NCBI GenBank assembly: GCA_031441465.1
Contig: JANOEP010000035.1
Coordinates: forward strand, 1-64,000
Origin: a bacterium
GTDB taxonomy: Bacteria > Krumholzibacteriota > Krumholzibacteriia > LZORAL124-64-63
Direction: 5' to 3'
DNA length: 64,000 nt
Under the pieces are notes generated by a model. It ran no database searches. It was not told where the DNA came from and saw nothing but the letters and a program-made list of their open reading frames with translations. This document shows, piece by piece, positions 45,922-57,996 of this stretch (position 1 is the stretch's first letter; every line of letters begins with the position of its first letter). The translations under genes were made by a program, and so were the position numbers.

Positions 45922-47005
45922 GGGCGATCCCGCCGTCGCGCGCCGCGCGCGCTCCCGGATGGTGCTGCGCGGCCGGTCGCGCCGCCCCTACCTGCCGCGC
46001 ACCGGCGTGCAGCTGCTGACCCTGCTGGTGATCGTCGTCATCGGCGCGCAGTTCGCGCACTGGGTCGCGAACCTCGAAGCGGGCCGGATCGCCGGCGTGC
46101 GGCCGCCCGGCGTCGAGGGTTTCCTGCCCATCTCGGCCCTGCTGAGCCTGCGCCAGTGGCTCTCGGGCGGCGGCTTCTCCATGGTCCACCCCGCGGGGCT
46201 GGTGCTGCTCGGCCTGATCTGCCTGTCGGCGCTCCTGCTGAAGAAGTCCTTCTGCTCCTGGCTGTGCCCCGTGGGCACGATCAGCGAGGCCCTGGCGCGC
46301 ATCTCCCACCTCGTCCTGCGGCGGCGGGTCAAGCTGCCGCGCCGGCTGGACCTGGGCTTGATGGGCCTCAAGTACGTCCTGATCGCGTACTTCCTGTTCG
46401 CCGTGTTCCTGCAGATGACGCTGGCGTCGGTGGCGCTGTTCATCGACTCGCCCTACAACCGGATCGCCGACATCAAGATGCTGCACTTCTTCACGCGGAT
46501 GTCGCCGGTCACCGTCCGGGTGCTCGGCGCGCTGGTCCTGCTGTCGGTCGTGGTGCCGTACTTCTGGTGCCGGTACCTCTGCCCCTACGGGGCGCTGCTC
46601 GGCGTGCTGTCCCGGTTCTCGCCGCTGAAGGTCGTGCGCTCGGCGCCGGACTGCACCAACTGCGGGCGGTGCGCCGCCGTCTGCCCCTCCTACCTCGCGG
46701 TGGACCTCGGCCGCACGGTCACCTCGCCCGAGTGCACCGGCTGCCTCGATTGCGTGACCAGCTGCCCCGCGCCCGGCGCGCTGGAAGTGCGGGGACCGGC
46801 CCCGTGGCGTCGCCGGGTGCGACCCGCGGTCTTCGCCGCGGCGGTCCTGCTGGTGTTCTTCGGGGGGATCGGCGCGGCGAAGCTGGCCGGACGCTGGCGC
46901 TCGGACATCACCGACCAGGAGTACCTGCGCAGGGTGCAGGAGATCGACTCGCCCAAGTACCATCACGCCCGCGGCCAGGTGCCCGCCTACGGGGTCGAGG
47001 ACTGA
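45905..47005 (+). CDS. Membrane 4Fe-4S binding protein (NapH/YccM-like polyferredoxin)
   Basis: FCSWLCP and WCRYLCP motifs, TM segments, CTNCGRCAAVCP and CTGCLDCVTSCP; alternative start ATG 45959. Confidence 0.88.
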   Translation: MLPRLEGDPAVARRARSRMVLRGRSRRPYLPRTGVQLLTLLVIVVIGAQFAHWVANLEAGRIAGVRPPGVEGFLPISALLSLRQWLSGGGFSMVHPAGLVLLGLICLSALLLKKSFCSWLCPVGTISEALARISHLVLRRRVKLPRRLDLGLMGLKYVLIAYFLFAVFLQMTLASVALFIDSPYNRIADIKMLHFFTRMSPVTVRVLGALVLLSVVVPYFWCRYLCPYGALLGVLSRFSPLKVVRSAPDCTNCGRCAAVCPSYLAVDLGRTVTSPECTGCLDCVTSCPAPGALEVRGPAPWRRRVRPAVFAAAVLLVFFGGIGAAKLAGRWRSDITDQEYLRRVQEIDSPKYHHARGQVPAYGVED

Positions 47006-47815
47006 CTACCAGTACTTCTCGACGAAGATGCTGCCGGGCTGTTTGCGGGTGTGCTCGCGGAATCCCTTCTCCGCCAACATCTCCAGCATGCGCATGATCA
47101 TGTCAGGGTTGCCGCACAGGAACACGCTGACCCTCGCCGGGTCCAGCGGCGCGCCGAGGATCATCTCGGCCGTGTCGTCCTCGAAGAAGGCGGTCACGCG
47201 GCCGGTCATGCCGGCCCACTCGTCGGTCTCGTCGTCGGGATTGCTGAGCGCCGGCACGTAGGTGAAGTTGTCGTGGTGGGAGGCGAGGGATTCCATGTCG
47301 CCGCGGTAGCCCAGGTCCCAGCTGTGGCGCGCGCCGTGGAAGACGACGGTGCGGTGGCCGGCGTGGAAGGCGTAGTTCGAACGCAGCATCGAGACGTAGG
47401 GCGCCAGGCCGGTGCCCGTCGCGACGAAGATCACGTCGTTGCCGGCCGGCACGTCGGACAGCGTGAACATCCCCACGATGCGGTCGCCCACGAACACCCG
47501 GTCGCCCTCCTGCAGCGCGTAGAGGCGCGGCGTCAGGGCGCCGCCGGAGACGAAGGCGACGTAGAACTCCAGGAAATCCTTCTCGACGCTGCCCGAGGCG
47601 ATGGAATAGGCGCGACGGATCAGCTTGTCCGGATCGGCCGGCGGGTCCTCGGGATCGGCGAACGGGACGCGCGGCGCGGAGCCCGGCAGGCCGAGCACGG
47701 CGTACTGGCCCGCCTTGAAGTCCGGCACGCCGGCGTCGGGCCGCACGCGGATGATGAACAGGCCGTGGGTGACCTCGCTGCGTTGGATCACGGTCGCATT
47801 GACGACGAGCGGCAT
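47006..47815 (-). CDS. fpr: Ferredoxin/flavodoxin-NADP+ reductase
   Basis: FKAGQY, RRAYSIAS, ATGTGLAPY, FLCGNP, C-terminal EKYW. Confidence 0.92.
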   Translation of the reverse strand: MPLVVNATVIQRSEVTHGLFIIRVRPDAGVPDFKAGQYAVLGLPGSAPRVPFADPEDPPADPDKLIRRAYSIASGSVEKDFLEFYVAFVSGGALTPRLYALQEGDRVFVGDRIVGMFTLSDVPAGNDVIFVATGTGLAPYVSMLRSNYAFHAGHRTVVFHGARHSWDLGYRGDMESLASHHDNFTYVPALSNPDDETDEWAGMTGRVTAFFEDDTAEMILGAPLDPARVSVFLCGNPDMIMRMLEMLAEKGFREHTRKQPGSIFVEKYW

Positions 47816-47985
47816 GTCGACTCCTGCTGGCTTCGGGACGGCCGAGGCGGACCAGCGCCGCGGTGGCGCCGCTCCATGATAGGGACTTTGCCTCTCCAGG
47901 CAAGCCGGACCTCCCGGCTTCTCGCCGCGACTTCGGCTTGGGGACCCGCCCGCACCGGCAGGGTCGTGCACGGATTCCTTCTCCC

Positions 47986-48019
47986 ATAATCTTGACAAAA
48001 AGAGATTTGTATTTAGGCT
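47986..48019 (+). promoter_or_regulatory. suf operon promoter / probable Rrf2 operator
   Basis: AT-rich island with TTGACA (47992-47997) and TAGGCT (48014-48019); inverted repeat AATCT...AGATT straddles the -35. Confidence 0.55.
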
Positions 48020-48063
48020 GTGGGGGCGCGAACCGGTACCACTCACGGAAAGTGCTGTCAGTC

Positions 48064-48591
48064 ATGAAGATATCAAAAGCGGAAGACCAGTCCTTGCGCC
48101 TGGTGACCTGCTTGGCCCGCGCCGACGGGCAGCTGACCCTGGCCGACCTCGCGGCGCGGGAGCACCTGCCGGAGCCGACGGTCGCCAAGCTGTTGGCCCG
48201 CCTGCGGCGGGGCGACGTGGTCGTGGCCGCCCGCGGCCGGCACGGCGGCTACGATCTGGCGCGTCCCGCGGCGCAGATCAGCGTGGCGGCCGTGCTGAAG
48301 GCGCTCGGGCGCCCGTTGCTGGACGGCGGCGCCTGCACGCCGGCCCGGCCGAACGACCCCCGTTGCCCCCACCTCGGGGACTGCGGCGTGCGCTCGGTGT
48401 GGCGGCATCTCGAGGCGAGGGTCTCGCACGTGTTGGAAGAAACCAGTATGGCGGATCTGTGCCGCACGGAGCAGCAGGTGACCCGCCAGATGACGACGCT
48501 GTGGCCGGAAATATCGGAACACCCGGACGCCGGGCGCGGGGTCGGATCCCCGCTGCCGGCGCTGGCCGCCTGCGCGGCCGAGAGGAGCTGA
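48064..48591 (+). CDS. Rrf2 family regulator (IscR/SufR-like) heading the suf operon
   Basis: RGRHGGYDLAR wing; three C-terminal Cys (C-x9-C-x5-C). Confidence 0.88.
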   Translation: MKISKAEDQSLRLVTCLARADGQLTLADLAAREHLPEPTVAKLLARLRRGDVVVAARGRHGGYDLARPAAQISVAAVLKALGRPLLDGGACTPARPNDPRCPHLGDCGVRSVWRHLEARVSHVLEETSMADLCRTEQQVTRQMTTLWPEISEHPDAGRGVGSPLPALAACAAERS

Positions 48592-48596
48592 CGACG

Positions 48597-49405
48597 ATGA
48601 ATAGCAACGGCGACGCGGTCTTTTCCTGCCGCGACCTGCGGGTCTTCGTGGGGGACAAGGAGATCGTCAAGGGCGTGGACCTCGAGGTCCGCGCCGGCGA
48701 GAAGCACGCCCTGATGGGACCGAACGGTTCGGGCAAGTCCACCCTGGCGTGCGCGCTGATGGGGCACCCCAGCTACCGCGTCGAGGGGGAGATCCGCCTG
48801 GGCGGCGAGCGGATCGACCACCTGCCCCCGCACGAGCGGGCCCGCCGCGGCATGTTCCTGGGCTTCCAGTACCCCGTCGCGGTGCCCGGGGTCTCGGTGG
48901 CGAACTTCCTGCGCGCGGCCGTCTCGGCCCGCCGGGGCGCCGACGTGCCCGTGCGCGAGTTCCGCCAGCAGATGCAGGCGGCCTTCGCCGAACTGCAGGT
49001 GCCGAAGGACTTCATGTCCCGCTACCTGAACGACGGCTTCAGCGGCGGCGAGAAGAAGCGGCTGGAGATCCTGCAGATGCTGATGCTGGAGCCGACCTTC
49101 GCGCTGCTGGACGAGACCGACTCGGGCCTGGACATCGACGCCCTGAAGGTCGTCGCCGAGGGCGTCAACAAGGCGGCCGGCCCCGCGACCGGCGTGCTGA
49201 TGGTCACGCACTACCAGCGCATCCTGAACTACATGAAGCCCGACCGGGTGCACGTCTTCATGGACGGGCGCATCGTGCGCGTCGGCGGCCCGGAACTGGC
49301 CCACGAACTCGAGGCCCGCGGCTACGACTGGATCGCCAAAGAGGTCGGCCTGGAACCCGAAGTCGGCCTCGCGCCCGAAGCCGGCGTCGCCGAAGGGAGC
49401 CGCAC

Positions 49406-49409
<4 letters not shown>
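48597..49409 (+). CDS. sufC: Fe-S cluster assembly ATPase SufC
   Basis: [40 protein letters not shown]. Confidence 0.96.
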
Positions 49410-50822
<1,413 letters not shown>

Positions 50823-50830
<8 letters not shown>

Positions 50831-52136
50831 CACCGAGCACGGCGCAGCTCCGGCCGTCCGACGACCGGGTCTGACCGTCGAAGACATCGCCGCCATCTCG
50901 ACCCTGATGGGGGAGAGCCCCGCCCTGTACGCGAGCCGCCGCGCCGCGGCGGACCGCTACGCGACCGTCGCGGACCCGGACCGGGTGACGCACCTGTGGC
51001 GCTTCACCGACCCGGGCCTGCTGTTGCCGGCGGACGTCACGGCGCGGGCCGCCGTCGCGCCGCACGAGGCGCCGCACACCGCGGGCGCCGCCGCCCGCGT
51101 GCTGATGCTCGCCGGGCTGCGGCCGCTGATCGCGGTCGACCTGCGGGCGCTCGCCGTCGGGCTGGTCGTCAAACCCCTGGCCGAGGCCGACGAGGAACTG
51201 GCGAATCTGGGCGACCGTCGCGGCGCCGCGGGCCGGGATCCCGAGGAGGGCCTGTTCCAGGCGCTCAACGGCGCGGCCTGGAACACCGGCCTCTACGTGG
51301 GCGTGCCGCGCGGCGTGATCCTGACCGACCCCGTGCACGTGGTGGTCGACGCGGCCGGCGGGTCGGTGCTGCCGCGCCTGGTGGTCGACCTGGGCGAAGG
51401 GGCGCAGGCCGTCGTCGTCGAGGAGCACACCGGCGGCGACGCCGGCTCGCGCGTCGTCGCGGCGAGCGAGCTGCACGCCGGCGCCGGCTCCCGCCTGCGC
51501 CACGTCCTGGTCCAGACCTGGCAGGAGGGCGTCTGCGGGCACCTGACCGCCCGCACCCGGGCCGGCCGCGATGCCGACGTGCTGACCGTCTTCGCCTCCT
51601 TCGGCGGCGAGCGCAGCAAGGTCGAGCTGGCGACAGACCTGGCCGGCGAAGGCGCGCGCAGCGAGATGATCGGCGTCGTCATGGGCGCCGGCCGCCAGCG
51701 CTTCGACCACCACACGCGCCACCGCCACCTGGCCGGGCGCACCTGGAGCAACATCGACTTCAAAGCCGTCGCCGACGCCTCGGCCCGCAGCAGCTACACC
51801 GGGCTGATCCGCATCGAGCAGGACGCGCGCGGCAGCGAGGCCTACCAGGAGAACCGCAACCTCCTGCTGTCGGGCAGCAGCCGCGCCGACTCGATCCCCG
51901 AACTGGAAATCCTCAACCAGGACGTCAGCTGCAGCCACGGCGCCACCGTCGCGCCGGTGGATCCCGGGCAGGTCTTCTACCTGCAGAGCCGCGGCCTGGA
52001 CCCGGACGAGGCCCTGCGCCTGGTCGTGCGCGGCTTCCTCGAGAAGACGCTGAGCAGCCTGCCCGAAGACCTGCGCGAGCGCCTCGAAGGGCTGGTCGGG
52101 ACGCGTTTGGCGGCCCTGCAAGGGAGGGCGTCGTGA
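50823..52136 (+). CDS. sufD: Fe-S cluster assembly protein SufD
   Basis: [32 protein letters not shown]. Confidence 0.9.
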
Positions 52137-53428
52137 AAGCCGGCGAGCGGTCGTTGAGCGCCCCGGCCGGCGTCGTCCCCTGTGCGGGACAGAGCGAGGG
52201 TTGCGAGCGCTGCGGCGGGCTGGCCCGCGAACGCTTCCCGATCCTGCGCCGCGCGGTGCACGGTCTGCCGCTGGTCTACCTGGACAGTGCCGCGACCTCG
52301 CAGAAGCCCGAGCAGGTCATCGGCGCCGAAGCCCGTTATTACCGCGAGCACAACGCCAACGTCCACCGCGGCATGCACGCCCTGGCGGCCGAGGCCACCG
52401 ACCTCTACGAACAGTGCCGCCGCCGCGTGGGCCGCTTCCTGGGCGTGACGCGCCCCGAGCAGGTGGTCACGCTGCGCGGCGCGACCGCGGCCCTGAACCT
52501 CGCGGCCGGCGGTCTGGCGCACCGGCTGCGCCCCGGCGACGAGATCCTCGTCACCGAGATGGAGCACCACGCCAACCTCGTGCCCTGGATCGCGCTGGCC
52601 CGGCGCGAGGGCCTCGTCCTGCGCCACCTCCCGGTCACCGACGGCGGCGAGCTGGATCTCGGGCGGCTGCCCGATCTGCTGACCGACCGCACTCGGGTGG
52701 TGGCGCTGGCCCACGTCTCGAACGTGCTGGGCACGATCAATCCCGTCGCCGAGATCGCGGCGGCCGCCCACCGCCGCGGCGCGCTGGTCGTGGTGGACGC
52801 GGCCCAGTCGGTCGGCCACCTGCCGGTGAACTTCGCCGCGCTGGGCGCCGACCTGCTGGCCTTCTCCGCGCACAAGTGCTACGGCCCGATGGGTCTGGGC
52901 TTCCTGGTCGGGACGCCCGAGGCGCTCGCCCAGCTGGAACCCGTGGAGTTCGGCGGCGAGATGATCGAGACCGTGACGATGGACACCGCCACCTGGGCCG
53001 CGGCGCCCTTGCGCTTCGAAGCGGGCACGCCCCACGTCGCGGCGACCGCCGCCTTCCCGGCGGCCCTGGACCTGATCGAGGAGTTCACGATCGAGCGCCT
53101 GCGCACGCACGAGATGTCGCTGACCGGTTACGCCTGGGATCGTCTGTCGGCGCTGGGCGGGTTGGTTCTTTACGGCCCGGCCGATCCCGCGGCGCGCGGC
53201 GGCCTGATCAGCTTCCACGACCCGAAGCTGCACGCTCACGACCTCGCTCAGCTGCTGGACGCCCGCGGCGTCGCGGTGCGCGCCGGCCACCACTGCGCCC
53301 AGCCGCTGCACCGGCGGCTGGGGGTCGCGGCCACGTCGCGCGCCTCCTTCGGGCTCTACAATTCCCACGACGACATCGACGCCCTGGTCGACGCCGTCCG
53401 CTACGCGAGGAGCGTGTTCGGCGCATGA
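52133..53428 (+). CDS. sufS: Cysteine desulfurase SufS
   Basis: YLDSAATSQKP, MEHHAN, FSAHK (PLP Lys), RAGHHCAQPL; GTG start overlapping sufD stop. Confidence 0.95.
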   Translation: MKAGERSLSAPAGVVPCAGQSEGCERCGGLARERFPILRRAVHGLPLVYLDSAATSQKPEQVIGAEARYYREHNANVHRGMHALAAEATDLYEQCRRRVGRFLGVTRPEQVVTLRGATAALNLAAGGLAHRLRPGDEILVTEMEHHANLVPWIALARREGLVLRHLPVTDGGELDLGRLPDLLTDRTRVVALAHVSNVLGTINPVAEIAAAAHRRGALVVVDAAQSVGHLPVNFAALGADLLAFSAHKCYGPMGLGFLVGTPEALAQLEPVEFGGEMIETVTMDTATWAAAPLRFEAGTPHVAATAAFPAALDLIEEFTIERLRTHEMSLTGYAWDRLSALGGLVLYGPADPAARGGLISFHDPKLHAHDLAQLLDARGVAVRAGHHCAQPLHRRLGVAATSRASFGLYNSHDDIDALVDAVRYARSVFGA

Positions 53429-53898
53429 GCACCGGGATGGACGATCTCTACCGCGAGGTGATCCTCGACCACCACCGCCGCCCGCGCGGCTCGCGGGCGC
53501 TCGCGCAGCCGGACGCCGAGGCCGCCGGCAAGAACCCCTCCTGCGGCGACGAGCTGACCCTGCAGCTCGCCTGCGACGGCGACCGCATCCGCGAGGCCTG
53601 CGTGGTCACCCGCGGCTGCGCCATCGCCACGGCCAGCGGTTCGATCCTGGCCGAACTCGTCGTCGGCCGCACCCTGGACGAAGCGCGCCGCCTCGCGGAG
53701 GCGTTCCGCGCGGTCCTGCACGAACCCGCCGGCGAGCTGCCCGACGATCTCGCGCCGGGGGATCTCGACGCCCTGATCGGCGTGCGGCAGTTCCCGATGC
53801 GGGTCAAGTGCGCCGTGCTGCCCTGGATCACGCTGACCGAAGCCGTCACCGCCCGCACCGAAGGCCGCGTCGCGGCCGAGACCACCACGGAGGCCTGA
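53425..53898 (+). CDS. sufU: SUF system NifU-like protein SufU
   Basis: LYREVILDH, NPSCGD, GCAIA.AS, RVKCA.LPW. Confidence 0.93.
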   Translation: MSTGMDDLYREVILDHHRRPRGSRALAQPDAEAAGKNPSCGDELTLQLACDGDRIREACVVTRGCAIATASGSILAELVVGRTLDEARRLAEAFRAVLHEPAGELPDDLAPGDLDALIGVRQFPMRVKCAVLPWITLTEAVTARTEGRVAAETTTEA

Positions 53899-53899
53899 G

Positions 53900-54217
53900 A
53901 TGAGCACGCCCACGCCCAACGCCGTCGTCGAGGCCCTACGCCCGGTCATGGACCCCGAGCTGAACCTGTCCATCGTGGATCTGGGGCTGTTACGCGGCGT
54001 GCAGGTCGAGGACGAGACGGGCGACGTGACCATCGAGCTGACCCTCACCAGCCCCATGTGCCCGATGGGCCCGCAGATCGTGGCCGCCACGCGCGGCGCC
54101 GGCCTGTCGGTGCCCGGGGTGCGCAACTGCCAGGTCGACCTGGTCTGGAGCCCGCCCTGGGACCCGCGCGCCGACGCCACCGAGGACGTCAAGGCCGAGC
54201 TGGGGATCTGGGACTAG
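53900..54217 (+). CDS. sufT: DUF59 Fe-S assembly factor SufT
   Basis: DPEL..SIVDLGL, TLTSPMCP, VWSPPW. Confidence 0.9.
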   Translation: MSTPTPNAVVEALRPVMDPELNLSIVDLGLLRGVQVEDETGDVTIELTLTSPMCPMGPQIVAATRGAGLSVPGVRNCQVDLVWSPPWDPRADATEDVKAELGIWD

Positions 54218-54221
54218 CCCC

Positions 54222-55295
54222 TCACTCCACCCACTTCGTCACGAACACGTTCGTCTCCCGCGGCCCGCTGTGGTGGCGGTTGCTGCAGAAGACGAACGTC
54301 TCGCCGTCGGGCGCCCACATCGGGAAGCCGTCGAAGCCCTCCGCGTAGGTGACCCGCTCCAGGCCGGCGCCGTCGTCGCCGACCATCCACAGCTCGAACT
54401 CGCGGCCCTTCGGCTCGGGGTAGTTGCTGCTGAAGATGATGCGCCGGCCGTCGGGGTGGAAGAAGGGCCCGAACGAGGCGCTCTTCAGGTCGGTGACCTG
54501 CCGCTGGCCGGTGCCGTCGGCGTTCATGACCCAGATCTCCATGAGCGAGGGGCGCACCTTGTCCTGCGCCAGCAGGGCGCGGTAGTCGTCGAGCGCCGGT
54601 CCCGGCTCGGGATGCAGGCAGCGGTAGCAGATCTTCTTGCCGTCGGGGGAGAAGAAGGCGCCGCCGTCGTAGCCCGGGGTCGTGGTCAGCCGGCGCACAT
54701 CGCCGCCGTCGAGGTCCATGGTGTAGATGTCCAGGTCGCCGTCGCGCACCGAAGTGAAGACCATGCGCTGGCCGTCGGGGGAGATGGTGGCTTCGGCGTC
54801 GTAGCCGGGGGTCGCGGTCAGGCGGGTCACGGCCCCGGTCGCGAGGTCCTGCTTGACGATGTCGTAGTCCCCGAAGACGCCCCAGACGTAGCCCTGGCTC
54901 ATGTCGGGCGGCGTCGGGCAGCCGGAGCCGGCCAGGGACGTGGTGGCGTAGACGATCGAGCGGCCGTCGGCGGTGAAGTAGGCGCAGGTGGTGCGGCCCT
55001 CGCCCGAGGACAGCAGTTCCGGGTTCCCGCCGCCGGCCGGCATGACCATGATCTGGTCGCAGGCGTGCGGCGGCCGCGTGGTCTGGAAGATCAGCCGCTG
55101 CGAATCGTAGCTGAAGTAGGCCTCCGCGTTCTCGCCCCCGTCGGTCAGCATGGTCAGCAGCGAGAAGTGCCGCTCGCGCGGGTCGGGCAGGTGCACGCGG
55201 GGCAGGGGGCCGGCGGCGGCGGCCGTCGCCAGGGCGAGGGTGGCGAGCTGCGCGGCGGCGAGAGAGGAGACGGCGAGCGGGGCGAAGGGACGCAT
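54222..55295 (-). CDS. TolB-like PD40 beta-propeller secreted protein
   Basis: Signal peptide, GENAEAYFS, repeated YD....SPDG units. Confidence 0.85.
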   Translation of the reverse strand: MRPFAPLAVSSLAAAQLATLALATAAAAGPLPRVHLPDPRERHFSLLTMLTDGGENAEAYFSYDSQRLIFQTTRPPHACDQIMVMPAGGGNPELLSSGEGRTTCAYFTADGRSIVYATTSLAGSGCPTPPDMSQGYVWGVFGDYDIVKQDLATGAVTRLTATPGYDAEATISPDGQRMVFTSVRDGDLDIYTMDLDGGDVRRLTTTPGYDGGAFFSPDGKKICYRCLHPEPGPALDDYRALLAQDKVRPSLMEIWVMNADGTGQRQVTDLKSASFGPFFHPDGRRIIFSSNYPEPKGREFELWMVGDDGAGLERVTYAEGFDGFPMWAPDGETFVFCSNRHHSGPRETNVFVTKWVE

Positions 55296-55412
55296 CGGAT
55301 CCTCCGGTAGGCGCATGTAATTATAGGACTGTTCCGGTCGCAATCTAACATGGGGAGCCGTCGGCTCCAAGCCTCGCTTGTCGCCGACCGCCGGGCCCGT
55401 CCTGTCGGGAGG

Positions 55413-56525
55413 TCAATACTCGAGTCCGATCATCAGGGAGACCTGGGTGCGGTGGGGCTCATCGGCGAAGAAGCCGCGCAGGGCTTCGGCGGTCACCGAC
55501 ACGTTACCGGACGCCGTGTAGATGCCGGCCAGTCCGCACTGCCGACGAGGCGCTTCGGGCAACTCACCGGAGGACTCGAAGCGGGCGGCGACCTGCCAAC
55601 GCGGGGTCAGCCGCACGGCCGCTTCCAGGTTCAGCGCCGAGGGTTCGACTTCTTCCTCGTGCAGGACGCCCGGCGCGAAGCCGGACAGGGCCCGGACGAA
55701 CTCCAGTCGGCAGGACCAGGCGTCGCCTTCGAGAAAGCCGTACAAGCCGAGTCCGGCCACCGGACGCGTGGACGGGTCCGAGGCCGCGCCCACGGTTACT
55801 TCCCGCCGATCCGCGCGCAGCTCGCGCAGTTCCACGGATTCGCCCAGGTCACGGGTCCAGGAGACGCCCAGGCTCAGTCCCTCCCGCGGCTCGAAGCACG
55901 AGGACACGACGCAGTCGATCGCACCGGCCCCGGCGTGCTCTCCCTCCAGGACTCCCACTTCGAGGACACCCCAGGCGCCGGTGACGCCGATCACGAGGGA
56001 TGCGTCGTCGGTCTCGGCGGCGACGGCCACCAGGGGATCCTCGACGAAATCGGATTCGAGCTGCCCGAAGGGCAGCACCATGCGCCCGAGCTCGGCGAAT
56101 AATGGCCAGCGTCCGCCGCCGTCCGCGCGCAGCGCGGCGTCCTCGACCCGCAGACCCCTTCCGCTTTCCGTGTCGTACTTGAGGCCGACTTCGGCCGTCA
56201 GGTGGCCGCCGGACCAGTCGAGGTCGACCTCGTCGAAGGTGAACTCGTTCGTGGCAGTTCCAGCCTGCCGTTCGCCGGCCAGTTCCAGTTCGGCGCCGAT
56301 CGTCAGGCCCCAGGGAAGATGCGCGCCGTGGTCCGTTTCGTCCTCGTCCCCTGCATCCGGATCGGCGGGGGTCGCCTCATGGACGGCCCACGCCCGACTC
56401 GCAGCGGCGTGCGACGCCGTGACCGGGAACCGGACGAGCGTCGCAACGACGGCGAGGATGATGAAACCGGCCGAGGAGGGCCACGGTCTTCCGGGGGACC
56501 CGAGCCCGGCAACCGGGCGTCTCAT
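55413..56525 (-). CDS. Outer membrane porin (LbtU-like)
   Basis: Signal peptide, GRMVLPFG..ES.FV.DPL, P.ALNLE, amphipathic strands, C-terminal Tyr. Confidence 0.6.
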   Translation of the reverse strand: MRRPVAGLGSPGRPWPSSAGFIILAVVATLVRFPVTASHAAASRAWAVHEATPADPDAGDEDETDHGAHLPWGLTIGAELELAGERQAGTATNEFTFDEVDLDWSGGHLTAEVGLKYDTESGRGLRVEDAALRADGGGRWPLFAELGRMVLPFGQLESDFVEDPLVAVAAETDDASLVIGVTGAWGVLEVGVLEGEHAGAGAIDCVVSSCFEPREGLSLGVSWTRDLGESVELRELRADRREVTVGAASDPSTRPVAGLGLYGFLEGDAWSCRLEFVRALSGFAPGVLHEEEVEPSALNLEAAVRLTPRWQVAARFESSGELPEAPRRQCGLAGIYTASGNVSVTAEALRGFFADEPHRTQVSLMIGLEY

Positions 56526-56541
56526 GGCGACACGCGGCCGC

Positions 56542-57996
56542 TCATGCCGGCCCCGCAGGCGTCTTCGGCGCCGAAAGCGTGATGGAGAAGTCGCCCCCGG
56601 CCTCGGTGGTGACGCGGACGGCGAGGCCGAGGGTCGCGGCCGTCCTCCCGATGAGGGCCAGCCCGAGCCCGCAGTGCAGACCCGTGTCGCCGCGTGCGGC
56701 GTCGCCCCGCACGAAGCGCTCGAAGAGCGCGGGCACCACGTCCTGCGCCACCCGGCTGCCGCTGTTGGTCACCCGCAAGCCGGGCATTTCGTCCTCCGGC
56801 GTCGGTTCGATCCTGACGTACCCGTTCTCGTCCGCATGCTCGATGGCGTTCGCCAGGATGTTGCGGACCACGGTCTCCAGCAGCGCGGGGTCGGATCGCA
56901 GGGGCAGCGAGATCGGCAGGCATTCGCGGAGCTTCAGGCCGCGCGCACGGGCGATCCCGGACAGCGAACCCAGGATCTCTCGCGTCATCCCGGCAAGATC
57001 GACCTCCCTGCACTCGACCGGCAACTGTCCGGATTCCAACCGGCACAGGAGCAGGAGGGTCTGCACCATGTCCTGCATGCGGGCCACGATCGTCAGCGAT
57101 TCCTCCAGCGTTCGCCGGTAACCGGCGGCCTCGCGGGGTCGCGACAGCTCGACTTCCAGGCTCGTGCGCAGTCCGGACAGGGGGGTCCTCAGCTCGTGGG
57201 CGATGTCGGCGCTGAACGTGCGCTCGCGCCGGAAGGCGCCGTCCAGCCGCGCCATCAGCTCGTTCAGGCGGGCCACCACGGCCACGATCTCCAGGGGCGT
57301 GTCCGGCAGGTCGATCCGGCCGGTGAGGCAGGCCGCGTCCAGTGCCGCGATCTCCCGGGCCAGGAGGTCCAGTGGTCTCAGGCCTCGTCGCACCTCGGAT
57401 CTCAGGACCAGGAGCACGGCCAGCGCAGTGGCCAGGCCCACGACCAGCAGAAGGCCCCGCAGCCGGACGAGGGTGGCGTCGATCCCGGAGGTGTCCCTGG
57501 CCAGCACGAGCGTGATGCGGGGAATATCGGGGGTCGGCGTCAGGTGCGTCCCGCTCGCGTCCTCGGGTTCGTCCTCCTCGATGTCGAGCCGCGGCGCGAA
57601 CTCCAGTTGGACGACGCGCACGCGCTGTCCGTCCGCCAGCGTCAGCGAACGCTCGAGGGGGTCGTCGCGGGTCCCCGCCAGGGGGGCGAGCCCGCGTCGG
57701 TCCGCCCGCTTCGACGCGAAGAGGAGCGAGCCGTCGCTTTGCCAGAGCAGCAGGTGGCTAGGCTCCCGCTCGCGGCCGAACTCCCGCATGTCGTATTCAG
57801 CGAAGTCGACCTCGAGACCCTTGGTGGTGAGCGCCAGAGTCGAGGCGAGCAGGCGCGACTTGTCCTCCAGCGAACGGTCCAGTTCCTGCAGCAGGACGCG
57901 CCGGGCGCCGGCGTCGACGATGACGCCCGCTGCACCGAGGATCAGCAGCACCCCGGCGGCGCTGCCCAGGAGCATGGCCCTGCGGATGGAGCGCAT
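56542..57996 (-). CDS. Sensor histidine kinase (CusS/QseC-like, HAMP)
   Basis: Two TMs, AHELRTPL H-box, NILANA, FERFVRGD, GLGLAL. Confidence 0.92.
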   Translation of the reverse strand: MRSIRRAMLLGSAAGVLLILGAAGVIVDAGARRVLLQELDRSLEDKSRLLASTLALTTKGLEVDFAEYDMREFGREREPSHLLLWQSDGSLLFASKRADRRGLAPLAGTRDDPLERSLTLADGQRVRVVQLEFAPRLDIEEDEPEDASGTHLTPTPDIPRITLVLARDTSGIDATLVRLRGLLLVVGLATALAVLLVLRSEVRRGLRPLDLLAREIAALDAACLTGRIDLPDTPLEIVAVVARLNELMARLDGAFRRERTFSADIAHELRTPLSGLRTSLEVELSRPREAAGYRRTLEESLTIVARMQDMVQTLLLLCRLESGQLPVECREVDLAGMTREILGSLSGIARARGLKLRECLPISLPLRSDPALLETVVRNILANAIEHADENGYVRIEPTPEDEMPGLRVTNSGSRVAQDVVPALFERFVRGDAARGDTGLHCGLGLALIGRTAATLGLAVRVTTEAGGDFSITLSAPKTPAGPA

